Assembly: GCA_963643225.1 (NCBI GenBank)
Contig: CAVIIX010000004.1
Span: forward strand, 37,291 to 101,290
Source of the DNA: Lachnospiraceae bacterium
GTDB lineage: Bacteria; Bacillota; Clostridia; Lachnospirales; Lachnospiraceae
Direction: 5' to 3'
Length of the DNA: 64,000 nt
Below, piece by piece: positions 10,884-21,032 of this stretch. The translations under genes and the position numbers were made by a program. Within the stretch, counting starts at the first letter, position 1, and each line of letters begins with the position of its first letter. The notes under the pieces are model-generated. The model was not told the DNA's origin, made no database searches, and saw nothing but the letters and a program-made list of their open reading frames with translations.

Positions 10884-11861
10884 ATGCAGGATATTGATGC
10901 AGTCAAAGAGTCCATGGCTGAAAATGATTTTGGCGTGTCACAGGAAGCCCTTGATATAGCCAAAAAGCAGGCAAAGCTTTCTTATCAGATAAAGAGAAAC
11001 AAAGCTTCCTATATGATGATGGCTCCATATTTTATATTGTTCTTCTTTTTTACGGTACTTCCCGTTGCAATGAGTATTTTCTTTTCCTTTACCTATTACA
11101 ACATGTTGGAAATGCCTGAATTTATCGGCTGGAAGAACTACATTAAATTGTTCCTTGAGGATGATATCTTCCTGGTTTCTTTAAAGAACACCTTAATCCT
11201 TGCGGTAATCACGGGTCCGGTTTCCTATTTTCTGTGCTTACTCTTTGCATGGATTATCAATGAATTTAAGGGCTGGCTCAGAGCCTTCTTAACCCTTATA
11301 TTCTATGCTCCTTCAATATGCGGTAACGCATACGTCGTATGGAACCTGATTTTATCCGGTGACAGATACGGTTATTTAAATGGTATTTTATTAAAGCTTG
11401 GCATCCTGGATGAAGCGATTGTTTGGATGAAGACTGAAGAATACGTATTGCCCATGCTTATCGTGGTGCAGCTGTGGTTATCTCTTGGTACAGGCTTCCT
11501 TTCCTTTATTGCAGGCTTACAGACAGTAGATAAATCTCTTTATGAGGCAGCAGCCTTAGACGGAGTTAGGAACCGCTGGCAGGAGCTGTGGTATGTGACG
11601 CTTCCGGCCATGAAGCCTCAGCTTATGTTCGGTGCGGTTATGCAGATTACACAGTCCTTTGCAATCGCAGACGTTTCGATTCAGCTGGCAGGTAACCCTT
11701 CGGTCAACTATTCCGGTGCAACGGTTGTAACCCACTTGCTTGACTACGGTACCGTACGTTTCGAAATGGGTTATGCATCGGCAATTGCCACCGTTCTGTT
11801 CTTACTGATGGTAGGCTCCAATAAGCTTGTTCAGAAGCTTTTAGGAAGGGTAGGTGAATAG
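10884..11861 (+). CDS. Carbohydrate ABC permease (MalF-like)
   Basis: Multiple hydrophobic helices and EAA loop LYEAAALDG. Confidence 0.92.
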   Translation: MQDIDAVKESMAENDFGVSQEALDIAKKQAKLSYQIKRNKASYMMMAPYFILFFFFTVLPVAMSIFFSFTYYNMLEMPEFIGWKNYIKLFLEDDIFLVSLKNTLILAVITGPVSYFLCLLFAWIINEFKGWLRAFLTLIFYAPSICGNAYVVWNLILSGDRYGYLNGILLKLGILDEAIVWMKTEEYVLPMLIVVQLWLSLGTGFLSFIAGLQTVDKSLYEAAALDGVRNRWQELWYVTLPAMKPQLMFGAVMQITQSFAIADVSIQLAGNPSVNYSGATVVTHLLDYGTVRFEMGYASAIATVLFLLMVGSNKLVQKLLGRVGE

Positions 11862-11862
11862 T

Positions 11863-12765
11863 ATGGCAAAAGAAAAAGACTATTTAAAGCCCTATAAAAA
11901 GCGCAGATTTTTTAAACCAAAGGAAAAGAAATTAAACCGTTCCATGGCCGGAAACACAATGCTGTTTATTTTAATGGCATTCTGTGGTGTGGCAATGGTG
12001 CTTCCTTTGGTAATGGTAATTAATAACTGCTTAAAGCCACTTGATGAGCTTTATCAGTTCCCACCTAAGATTTTTGTAAGAAACCCTACTCTTGAAAACT
12101 TCGGAGATTTATTCACCCTGATGAATGACTCCTGGGTGCCTTTTTCAAGATACATTTTAAACACAATCATCATTACAGGTGGTGGCATGGTGGGGCACGT
12201 TATTATTGCTTCCCTTGCAGCATATCCTCTGGCAAAGCATAATTTTCCTGGAAAGAGCATTTTATTTGGCATGGTAGTACTTTCCATGATGTTCTCCTGG
12301 ACAGTTACACAGACGCCTCAGTACATGATTATTTCATGGCTCCATATTAACAATTCCTACTGGGCACTTATTTTACCTGCATGCTCCTTTGGTATGGGTC
12401 TTTACCTTATGAAGCAGTTTATGGAGCAGCTACCCGACTCCCTTATGGAATCGGCAAGACTTGACGGCGCAAGCGAATGGCATATTTTCTGGAAAATAGT
12501 AATGCCAAACGTAAAGCCTGCATGGCTTACGCTTGCGATTTTCCAGTTCCAGCAGATGTGGGGGAACACAGGCTCAACCTTCTTAAGAGACGAAGAATTA
12601 AAGCCCTTACAGTTTGCACTTTTCCAGATTAGTGCAGGCGGTACCGCAAGAGCAGGCGCTGCAGCGGCAGTTACCTTTATAATCGCTGCAGTTCCCATTA
12701 CGTTCTTCTTAATCTGTCAAAAGAACGTACTTGAGACTATGACCACATCAGGTATGAAGGATTAA
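11863..12765 (+). CDS. Carbohydrate ABC permease (MalG-like)
   Basis: EAA loop LMESARLDGASEW. ATG at 11863 (ORF track starts at GTG 11854). Confidence 0.92.
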   Translation: MAKEKDYLKPYKKRRFFKPKEKKLNRSMAGNTMLFILMAFCGVAMVLPLVMVINNCLKPLDELYQFPPKIFVRNPTLENFGDLFTLMNDSWVPFSRYILNTIIITGGGMVGHVIIASLAAYPLAKHNFPGKSILFGMVVLSMMFSWTVTQTPQYMIISWLHINNSYWALILPACSFGMGLYLMKQFMEQLPDSLMESARLDGASEWHIFWKIVMPNVKPAWLTLAIFQFQQMWGNTGSTFLRDEELKPLQFALFQISAGGTARAGAAAAVTFIIAAVPITFFLICQKNVLETMTTSGMKD

Positions 12766-12773
12766 GGAGGCGG

Positions 12774-14255
12774 ATGGATATGAAGAAAAACATGCTTATA
12801 AAATCCGTATCTTTAATACTCTCAGGAATTGTGCTTGCCACTACTCTTTCAATAGATGCAAGTGCCAACACACTTCCCTATGATACGTACAATTACGATT
12901 ACAGAGAATACATACACTACACTCCCGCAGCCTATATTCCGGATGGAAACATTAATGTAGCCACCTATGAATATGAAGGTGAAGCAATTGGAAAGCTTTT
13001 AAATCCACAGGATATATGTATGGATGAGGAAGGTCTTATCTACATTGCTGATACCGGCAATAACAGAGTAATAGTGCTTAACAACAAAATGGATAAGGTA
13101 GAGGATGTTATTTCAACCTTTGACAATAACGGTACACAGGATTCCTTTAATCAGCCCTACGGCGTATGCGTGTCGGAAGCAGGTCTTATCTACATTGCAG
13201 ACTCACAGAATCGACGAATCGTAGTGCTTGAAAAGGACCACACTTTTGTAAGAATAGTTGATAATCCACAGTCGGAAAGCCTAGAAGACAATTTCGTATT
13301 TACTCCTTTGCGCCTCACCGTTGACTATGCAAACAGAATTTACGTAATTGCCCAGAACATGTTTGAAGGCATCATGGTATTTGAATCAAATGGTACCTTC
13401 TCAAGCTTTTTTGGCACCATCGACGTAGACATTTCACTTTGGGAAAAATTTTGGAAGAGAATTGCCACAAAAGAAGAGCGTACAAAACAGAAATTATACA
13501 TTCCTACTGAATTTACAGGTCTTGACATTGATCCTGATGGCTTTGTATACGCCACAAACATTGATGCAGACGGCATTCAGGGCGTAAGACGACTTAATCC
13601 AAGAGGAGAGGACATCATTAAAAAAGGTGAAACCTTAAATCTTGGCGGCGATTTACAGATTGACGGTTCTACCGAATATGCAGGTCCCAGCCAGTTTGTA
13701 GACGTTGTATACAGAGAAAACGGTATTTATTCATGCTTAGACCGAAAGCGTGGCAGAATATTTACCTACGACCACGAAGGAAATCTTTTATACATCTTCG
13801 GAGGTCTCGGTACACAGACAGGTACCTTTATACTTCCTTCAGCCATCGAGGATATCGGCGGAAGAATCGTAACAGTAGATGCTACTCTAGGAGAAATCGT
13901 TTCTTTTGCAGTAACCGAATACGGCGATTTAATCAACAGGGCAGTTGCCCTTAGATATGACGGCGATGAAACGGAAGCAGTTGCACTCTGGGAAAGAGTT
14001 TTAGAGCTCGATGAAGACAATGAGCTTGCCCATGTGGGTATAGGTAAGGCTTATCTTACAGCCGGCGACTACGAGGCGGCCATGGAACACTTAGAGCTTG
14101 GCATGAACAGAGAGCACTATTCGGTGGCCTATAAGCGCTACAGAAACAATTTACTTGTGGAAAACGCAAGCCTTTTCTTATCAATACTGGCAGTCCTGAT
14201 AGTTGCTTTAGTGGTTTATAAGAAAATTAAAAACAAAAAGAAAGGAGCCGCTTAG
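12774..14255 (+). CDS. Secreted NHL-repeat (beta-propeller) plus TPR protein with a C-terminal membrane anchor
   Basis: Signal peptide. NHL repeats LLNPQDI..GLIYIADTGNNRV and FNQPYGV..GLIYIADSQNRRI. TPR-like WERVLELD..AHVGIGKAYL..GDYEAAM. C-terminal hydrophobic helix with a KKIKNKKK tail. Confidence 0.85.
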   Translation: MDMKKNMLIKSVSLILSGIVLATTLSIDASANTLPYDTYNYDYREYIHYTPAAYIPDGNINVATYEYEGEAIGKLLNPQDICMDEEGLIYIADTGNNRVIVLNNKMDKVEDVISTFDNNGTQDSFNQPYGVCVSEAGLIYIADSQNRRIVVLEKDHTFVRIVDNPQSESLEDNFVFTPLRLTVDYANRIYVIAQNMFEGIMVFESNGTFSSFFGTIDVDISLWEKFWKRIATKEERTKQKLYIPTEFTGLDIDPDGFVYATNIDADGIQGVRRLNPRGEDIIKKGETLNLGGDLQIDGSTEYAGPSQFVDVVYRENGIYSCLDRKRGRIFTYDHEGNLLYIFGGLGTQTGTFILPSAIEDIGGRIVTVDATLGEIVSFAVTEYGDLINRAVALRYDGDETEAVALWERVLELDEDNELAHVGIGKAYLTAGDYEAAMEHLELGMNREHYSVAYKRYRNNLLVENASLFLSILAVLIVALVVYKKIKNKKKGAA

Positions 14256-14256
14256 G

Positions 14257-14889
14257 ATGAAAAGCGCTTTTTCAAAAGAAAAATGGAAATATCTGCTTTA
14301 TACGCTTTCACATCCCATGGACGGATATTACTGGATCCGACATGCCGAAAAGGGAAGCGTGCCAATTGCCATTCTAATGGTAATTGTCTTTTCCATTTCT
14401 TTTACAGTTAACAGACTGTGTGCAAGCTTTGTGGTAAATGATTTGGACCCAAGAGGCATTGACAGTTTAATAGATCTTGCGGGTGTTTTAGCCTTCTATC
14501 TGCTTTTATGCGTAGGTAACTGGTCAATCACATGCTTAATGAGCGGCGAAGGACGCCTTAAGGATATAGCAATTGCGGTAGGCTACGGCACCACCCCCAT
14601 CAGCTTTGTACTGTTGCTTTCTACATTAATAAGCCGGTTCATAGCCGATGACGAGCAGGCCTTTTACGGACTCTTAATAGGTGCAGGAATTGCCTACGGC
14701 GTCATCATGATACTTATCGGTATTATGCAGGTACATAACTATTCACTTGGTAAAACACTTGTGACACTTTTACTTACATTTTTGGCAATGTTAATAATCG
14801 TGTTCTTAATTCTTTTATTAAGTAATCTGTTGGGACTTGTATTTAATTTCTTTAGAAGCGTTTACACAGAGCTTCTTTATAAGGCATAG
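14257..14889 (+). CDS. Yip1-family membrane protein
   Basis: 210 aa, about five TM helices, N-terminal HPMDGYY motif, GEGRLKDI. Confidence 0.75.
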   Translation: MKSAFSKEKWKYLLYTLSHPMDGYYWIRHAEKGSVPIAILMVIVFSISFTVNRLCASFVVNDLDPRGIDSLIDLAGVLAFYLLLCVGNWSITCLMSGEGRLKDIAIAVGYGTTPISFVLLLSTLISRFIADDEQAFYGLLIGAGIAYGVIMILIGIMQVHNYSLGKTLVTLLLTFLAMLIIVFLILLLSNLLGLVFNFFRSVYTELLYKA

Positions 14890-14897
14890 GAGGGCAT

Positions 14898-17234
14898 ATG
14901 AAGAAGGAAAAAGCAAAGAAGCCGCCTATGAGCTTTACAAAGAAGCTTGTGCTGACGGTTTTGGGAATTTTATTAACGGCATTCATTATTTATCTTGCCT
15001 ACTACTTCATTCATTATCGCTGCTACAACAAATACAGGGATTTTGTAACGGATTATGAATATGAAGAGGGCAGTGCATTTTCTGCAATGCAGGAGAGTAA
15101 ATCAAGCGTTAAGGGATTTTCTTTGGTGGCAGAAAATGATTATTTAAAGCTTTATACGGATACAGCTACCACTAACGTAGCAGTATACGACAAAAGAAAC
15201 GGAAACATCACCTATGCTTATCCTTTAAATGCGGATAATGATGAGGTGGCAAACGGCACTAACATTAACTACTTAAAATCAGCGGTTATTTTAGGCTATT
15301 ACAACTCAGACGTGACTCCGGGTGCAATGGATTCTTACAGCGGTTCCGTTAAAAACGGTAACTTCACTGTAGAAAGCATAGAGAACGGCGTGAGATTTGT
15401 ATTCACAATCGGGGATACCAAGGAGGATGCAATTCATTTTGAGGTGCCGGTTGAATACAGACTTAATGAAGACGGCGTGGACGTGTCAGTACCGGTAAAG
15501 GGAATTAAAGAATATAACGGCTCTATTTACAGAATACAGCTGTGCAGAAATTTCGGCGCGGCCCGTTACGACGAAGAGGGTTATATTGTAGTGCCTAACG
15601 GTTCAGGTTCCATTATTAATTTTAACAATGGAAAGACAGCAGAGGCTCAGTATTCACAATACATTTACGACCTTGACCCCTTGGTAAGCAACTACACCTC
15701 CATCGAAAATACCGTAGGTGCAAAGCTTCCGATTGCTGCTTTATGCAGAAACAATTCAACCTTACTTATGAGTGTTGAAGAGGGCGCCTGTGTTTCCTAT
15801 ATTACGGCAGGCATTTCAAACGTATATAACGAATACAATTATACCTACGCATCCTTTGTAATCCGTAATGCAGATAATTTAAAGATGTTTGGTAATTCAA
15901 CCTCCGACGTATACGTGCTTGAAGAAAATCCTTACGACATTAACTGTACCGTTAAATATTCATTCTTAACGGAGGAATACACAGGATATTCGGGAGTTGC
16001 AGCCTATTACAGAAACAGACTTATTTCTGAAGGCGCACTTACAAAGGCAGAAGAAGCTACAGACATTCCTTTCTATATGGATGTAATTACAGGCGTGCAG
16101 GAAACAGGACACATTTTAGGGGTTCAGTATTTACACACCTTTGCAATGACCACCTATGAAGAAGCAGGGGAAATGTCAGATGAATTAACAAAGCTTGGTG
16201 TAGAAAACCAGGTAATAAATTTACAAGGCTGGTTTAACAAGGGCTATTACAATTACGCTCCGAACACCATTAAGCTTGTTAACAAGGCAGGCTCAAAAAA
16301 GGAGCTTGAAGCCTTAAATGAAAAGCTTAACGAAAAGGGAGGTCGTCTCTATGCAGACGTTGCAATCCAGAAGGTGCCTTTTTCGGACAGCGGCTTTAAT
16401 TACAGTGCTGAAGCTTCAAAATATTACACAGGTTATGCTGCAAGCTTTGGCGTTACAAACCCGACAACTTTACGTAACACTGCTAATCTTGGTTATATGG
16501 AAAGAAGATACAATTTACTCTCTCCAAGATATTTATCAAGATATGTAGCTAAATTCAGCAAAAAGATTGAAGACTACGATATTGACGGTATTTCATTAAG
16601 AGATTTAGGAAACACACTTGCATCCGATAAGAGAAAGACCTTAATTATCGACAGAGAAAAGGCCTTAGACATCGTAGAAGGGCAGTTTGAGGTACTTAAA
16701 GCAACCGGCAAAAAACTAATGAATTCCGAAGCAAATGCTTATGCCTTTGCATATTCAGACGACATTATAAATGCCCCCTTATACGATAACAATTTTAAGA
16801 TTATCGATGCACAAATTCCTTTATATGCAATGATAATCCACGGCTATATCCCTTATTCATCTACCCTTTTAAATTATGATGATTCAATGGATATGACTCA
16901 GACAATATTACAGCTTATAGAAAACGGCGCTTCTCCTCATTACGTATTTACCTACGATAAATCAAGCGAAATGAAGGACACAGGTCTTAATCATTATTAC
17001 GCCACTACCTTTGATACCTGGAAGGATGAGGCGGCAGAGGTTTATGAAAGTGTCAACGAAGCACTTAAATATGTAAGCAATGCGGAAATAGTTGAACATA
17101 AGATTTACGATAACGGTTTAAGATGCGTTAGCTACGATAACGGCGTAAAGATTTATGTAAACTATACTGAAAATGAATTGGATGCAGACGGCGTAGAGGT
17201 TTCTGCAAAAAGCTACAGATTGGAGGGTAAATAA
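14898..17234 (+). CDS. N-terminally anchored extracellular protein, DUF5696-like
   Basis: Single N-terminal TM helix. Motifs VAENDYLKLY, GYIVVPNGSGSII, GWFNKG, IPLYAMIIHGYIPY, VSYDNGVKIYVNY. Lies between Yip1 and permease genes. Confidence 0.7.
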   Translation: MKKEKAKKPPMSFTKKLVLTVLGILLTAFIIYLAYYFIHYRCYNKYRDFVTDYEYEEGSAFSAMQESKSSVKGFSLVAENDYLKLYTDTATTNVAVYDKRNGNITYAYPLNADNDEVANGTNINYLKSAVILGYYNSDVTPGAMDSYSGSVKNGNFTVESIENGVRFVFTIGDTKEDAIHFEVPVEYRLNEDGVDVSVPVKGIKEYNGSIYRIQLCRNFGAARYDEEGYIVVPNGSGSIINFNNGKTAEAQYSQYIYDLDPLVSNYTSIENTVGAKLPIAALCRNNSTLLMSVEEGACVSYITAGISNVYNEYNYTYASFVIRNADNLKMFGNSTSDVYVLEENPYDINCTVKYSFLTEEYTGYSGVAAYYRNRLISEGALTKAEEATDIPFYMDVITGVQETGHILGVQYLHTFAMTTYEEAGEMSDELTKLGVENQVINLQGWFNKGYYNYAPNTIKLVNKAGSKKELEALNEKLNEKGGRLYADVAIQKVPFSDSGFNYSAEASKYYTGYAASFGVTNPTTLRNTANLGYMERRYNLLSPRYLSRYVAKFSKKIEDYDIDGISLRDLGNTLASDKRKTLIIDREKALDIVEGQFEVLKATGKKLMNSEANAYAFAYSDDIINAPLYDNNFKIIDAQIPLYAMIIHGYIPYSSTLLNYDDSMDMTQTILQLIENGASPHYVFTYDKSSEMKDTGLNHYYATTFDTWKDEAAEVYESVNEALKYVSNAEIVEHKIYDNGLRCVSYDNGVKIYVNYTENELDADGVEVSAKSYRLEGK

Positions 17235-18157
17235 TGAAGAATAAGAAAAAACTTACCCTCTTGCAAAAAAGAAGCTTAACAGGATATTTATTTATCCTGC
17301 CCTGGCTCGTAGGATTTGCAATATTTTACGTACGAAGTCTGTTTCAGACGGCACAGTTTTCGTTTTCAAACCTAACGGTTAATCCGGGCGTAGGCGGCTA
17401 CAGCCTTGAGGGTGTAGGCTTTGACAATTACGTATATGCCTTTACGGTACACGGTTCCTTTAAGCAGACCCTTGTATCCTCAATCAGCAATATGCTGATT
17501 GATGTACCCCTGATTATTTTCTTCAGTTTGTTTATGGCCATAATGCTCAATAAAAACTTTAAGGGAAGAGGCATTGTAAGAGCGATTTTCTTTTTACCCG
17601 TAATACTTAATTCGGAAGCACTTACAGCAGCCATTTCTCTTAGTGAAACGATGATGAACGGCGGAGTAGCCAATCAGGCGGCTGAATTGACAGAAGGTGG
17701 AGCAGCCAACATTGCCTTTGACCTGGATGCACTGATTAACATGTTTGTTAATTTTGGTATTCCTGCCAGAATTTTGACCTATGTTATGACAGCAGCTGAG
17801 AGAATTACCGACATTATCTCGGCTTCGGGTGTACAGATTATTATATTTATTGCGGCACTTCAGGCTATTCCTTCATCTATGTATGAAGTAGCAAAAATCG
17901 AAGGTGCAACAGGCTATGAAACCTTTTGGAAGGTTACCTTCCCAATGGTAATGCCTCATATTATTACTAATGTGGTGTACACCATTGTAGATAACTTTGC
18001 TGTCAGTGATGTAGTAGATCTTGCTTATGATACTGCATTTACTTCTTATAATTACGGTTTAAGCTCTGTATTCAGTATTGTGAGTACGCTTATTACCTGC
18101 ATAATTTTGATATTAATCGTACGTGCACTGCAAAAGCGTGCGTTCTATTACAACTAA
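17234..18157 (+). CDS. Carbohydrate ABC permease (second MalF-like)
   Basis: GYLFILPWLVGF and EAA-like loop MYEVAKIEGATGYETFW. Confidence 0.9.
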   Translation: MKNKKKLTLLQKRSLTGYLFILPWLVGFAIFYVRSLFQTAQFSFSNLTVNPGVGGYSLEGVGFDNYVYAFTVHGSFKQTLVSSISNMLIDVPLIIFFSLFMAIMLNKNFKGRGIVRAIFFLPVILNSEALTAAISLSETMMNGGVANQAAELTEGGAANIAFDLDALINMFVNFGIPARILTYVMTAAERITDIISASGVQIIIFIAALQAIPSSMYEVAKIEGATGYETFWKVTFPMVMPHIITNVVYTIVDNFAVSDVVDLAYDTAFTSYNYGLSSVFSIVSTLITCIILILIVRALQKRAFYYN

Positions 18158-18167
18158 GGAGGTTAAT

Positions 18168-19157
18168 ATGGCACAGGAAAATGTTATTAAGAAAAAAACC
18201 AAAAATTTAAAAGCTGTATTGTCCAATCCCGATGAACGTAATTCCTTATTTAACAATATCAAAAATTTTGCGGTAACCTTGTTAAGAGTACTGATTTTAG
18301 TAGGTGTAGGGTATGTAATAGTCTCTCCGGTAATCGGCATGCTGGTTAACTCCTTTGCCTCTACCGAGGACGTATACAATCCGCTTATGTTTTTATTTCC
18401 TGAACACCCTACTTTGGAAAAGTACAAGCTTGTAATACTTAGAATGGATTACTGGAAAACAATTGGTAAAGACCTTCTTTATACCGGTGTACTGACACTT
18501 ATGCAGTTACTTGTATGCTCAATGGTAGGCTATGGCTTTGCAAGATTTAATTTTCCTTTTAAAAATCTTTTGTTTGCCTGTGTGGTAATAATGATTGTTA
18601 TTCCGGCACATACCATTATGCTTCCGGTATACATGACCTTTAAAAGCTTCGATCCCTTCGGCATTGTAACAGCCATAAAAGGCTCCGGTGGTCTTATGGG
18701 TACCACGGTTCCTATGTATCTTATGACAATTTTAGGCTGCGGTGTCAGAAGCGGACTGTATATCTACATTTTCAATCAGTTCTTCAGAGGACTTCCAAAA
18801 GAAATCGAGGAAGCGGCCTTTGTAGACGGAGCAGGTGTCTGGTATACATATTTTCGTATCATGTTAGTGAACGCCATGCCCGCGGTTATCACGGTTACGG
18901 TTTTCTCCCTTGTGTGGCAGTTCAATGATACTTTCTATTCGAAATTGTTCCTGATTAGCGAGGATGTGGTAATCAGTAAGAAGATATCGAGTTTGGCCAG
19001 TGTAATAGCCAACCAGGATAAGATTTTAAATGTTACCCTGCAGCAGCAATATACCAATGCAGGTATCATTCTTGTCATTCTTCCTATATTGATTTTGTAT
19101 ATCCTGCTTCAGAAGCAGTTTATAGAGGGCGTAGAGCGAAGCGGTATTGTAGGCTAG
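18168..19157 (+). CDS. Carbohydrate ABC permease (second MalG-like)
   Basis: EAA loop IEEAAFVDGAG and C-terminal QKQFIEGVERSGIVG. ATG at 18168 follows AAGGAGG (ORF track: 18123). Confidence 0.9.
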   Translation: MAQENVIKKKTKNLKAVLSNPDERNSLFNNIKNFAVTLLRVLILVGVGYVIVSPVIGMLVNSFASTEDVYNPLMFLFPEHPTLEKYKLVILRMDYWKTIGKDLLYTGVLTLMQLLVCSMVGYGFARFNFPFKNLLFACVVIMIVIPAHTIMLPVYMTFKSFDPFGIVTAIKGSGGLMGTTVPMYLMTILGCGVRSGLYIYIFNQFFRGLPKEIEEAAFVDGAGVWYTYFRIMLVNAMPAVITVTVFSLVWQFNDTFYSKLFLISEDVVISKKISSLASVIANQDKILNVTLQQQYTNAGIILVILPILILYILLQKQFIEGVERSGIVG

Positions 19158-19223
19158 CTCTTCAGACACCAAGTTAATGATTCCTGGGAGGGAACAAATG
19201 CTTTCAACAATAAAAAAAGGAGG

Positions 19224-21017
19224 ATGAAAAAGTTGAAAAAGCACAAATTACTTTCCTGCTTATTAGCAGGAGCCATGGTAATTTCCATGGCAGCTTGTGG
19301 CGAAGAAGCTCCCGCAAGCACACAAACAACTGTAGCTGAGCCTCAGACAGAAGTATCTGTTTATGACGATGCTGCAAGCATTACTTTTGCAGACGGTAAC
19401 TTTGCTTTCTTAGGAAGCGATACTACTTACAACCCTGCTGCAAAAGAAACTATCTTTTCTTTGACAGATCGTAACGGTGAAAAGGCTGTTAAGATTGAGT
19501 CAGCAGATGCCGGTAAGCTTTATGCCGGTATCCAGATCGATGCATTGCTTGGTGACAAGCTTTCTGAGGTTAAGACAGTAGAATTCGTTATCGAATCTGA
19601 AGTAGGTGATACTTTCACAGCTGCTTCCGGTAACGTAGTATCTTATCTTGGTGAAGAGAATGTATTAAACTCTTCTGCATGGTCCATTTACCTTGAAAAG
19701 AATGCTGTTAAGAAGATTTCCTATGAATTCCCTGACACAGCAGTTGAAGGTAACGCATTAATACTTACACTAGAAGTAAATGCAGATTCCAATTCCTTTG
19801 ATAAGGAGGTTCCTACAGCTTTATACCTTTACTCAATTTCCTTTAAGGATGCTTCAGGTAATGTGTTAGCTGTTGATACAACTGCTGAATACAAGACAGC
19901 ATCAAATGAAGTAGACAGATCCAACTTATTAAACTGCACTTCCTATGTTAACTTTGCAGATTTTGCATGTACAGGTGATGCATGGGGTCAGAACGGTTTT
20001 GACATTCCTCAGGAAGTATTGGATGCTTTGGTACCCGGTACCACACTTGAAATCGAATTTGCTTCCGAAGACAACACTATGTGGTTAGTATTCCCTGATG
20101 CAACAATCGGCTGGAGCAGAGTCGCTCAGGGCGAAGCATACATTAACAATTCCGGTACAACCGCTCAGATTGATTACGAGCAGATCGCTGCAATTCTCGG
20201 CGAAGATAAGTCTGCCTGGGGTGCAAGATTACAGTGCGAAGCACAGACTGCCTGGGAAGTATTCTCAGTTAAGGTCGGTACAGTCGGCACACCCAAGGAA
20301 TTTGCTAAGACTGTAGAATTTGCAGACTTTGCATGCACAGGCGATGGCTGGGCACAGAACGGCTTTGATATGCCTCAGGAAATCATTGATGCTTTAGTAC
20401 CCGGTACAGTAGTAGAAGTAACCTTTACAAGCGAAGATAACACAATGTGGCTTGTATTCCCCGGTGCCTCAATCGGCTGGAGCAGAATTGCTCAGGGCGA
20501 AGCTAAGATTACAGACGGCAAGGCATATATTACATACGAACAGATAGCAGCTGTATTAGGCGAGGATAAGGCTAACTGGGGTACAACAATGCAGTGCGAA
20601 GCTCAGACTGCCTGGGAAGTATATTCAGTTTCCGTAGGTTCTTTAGAAAAAGCAGCTGAGGCTCCTCGTTTACACAAATTTGTAAACTTTGAGAACTTTG
20701 CATGCACAGGTGATGGCTGGGCACAGAACGGTTTTGAGATGCCCACGGAAATCCTCGATGCATTAGTACCCGGTTCAGCAGTAGAAGTTTCTTTTGCAAG
20801 TGAAGACGATACAATGTGGCTCGTATTCCCAGGTGCAACAATTGGCTGGAGCAGAATTGCTCAGGGCGAAGCAGTTATCAAGGATGGCAAGGCTTATATT
20901 ACCTATGACCAGATAGCTGCTGTAGTAGGCGAAGATAAGGCTAATTGGGGTACAACAATGCAGTGTGAAGCTCAGACCGCTTGGGAAGTTTATTCCGTAA
21001 GAGTAGGTCAGCAGTGA
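19224..21017 (+). CDS. Lipoprotein with three tandem Trp-rich ~110-aa modules (putative carbohydrate-binding, CBM65-like)
   Basis: Lipobox MAAC. Three near-identical repeats FACTGD.W.QNGF...MWLVFP...GWSR.AQGEA...Y(E/D)QIAA..GEDK..WG...QCEAQTAWEV. No catalytic motif recognised. Confidence 0.65.
   Translation: MKKLKKHKLLSCLLAGAMVISMAACGEEAPASTQTTVAEPQTEVSVYDDAASITFADGNFAFLGSDTTYNPAAKETIFSLTDRNGEKAVKIESADAGKLYAGIQIDALLGDKLSEVKTVEFVIESEVGDTFTAASGNVVSYLGEENVLNSSAWSIYLEKNAVKKISYEFPDTAVEGNALILTLEVNADSNSFDKEVPTALYLYSISFKDASGNVLAVDTTAEYKTASNEVDRSNLLNCTSYVNFADFACTGDAWGQNGFDIPQEVLDALVPGTTLEIEFASEDNTMWLVFPDATIGWSRVAQGEAYINNSGTTAQIDYEQIAAILGEDKSAWGARLQCEAQTAWEVFSVKVGTVGTPKEFAKTVEFADFACTGDGWAQNGFDMPQEIIDALVPGTVVEVTFTSEDNTMWLVFPGASIGWSRIAQGEAKITDGKAYITYEQIAAVLGEDKANWGTTMQCEAQTAWEVYSVSVGSLEKAAEAPRLHKFVNFENFACTGDGWAQNGFEMPTEILDALVPGSAVEVSFASEDDTMWLVFPGATIGWSRIAQGEAVIKDGKAYITYDQIAAVVGEDKANWGTTMQCEAQTAWEVYSVRVGQQ
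19947..21008 (+). repeat. Three intragenic tandem repeats with a period of about 366-369 bp
   Basis: Units start near 19947, 20313 and 20682, visible in both DNA and protein. Confidence 0.9.
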
Positions 21018-21032
21018 TTGGAGGTTAAATAA

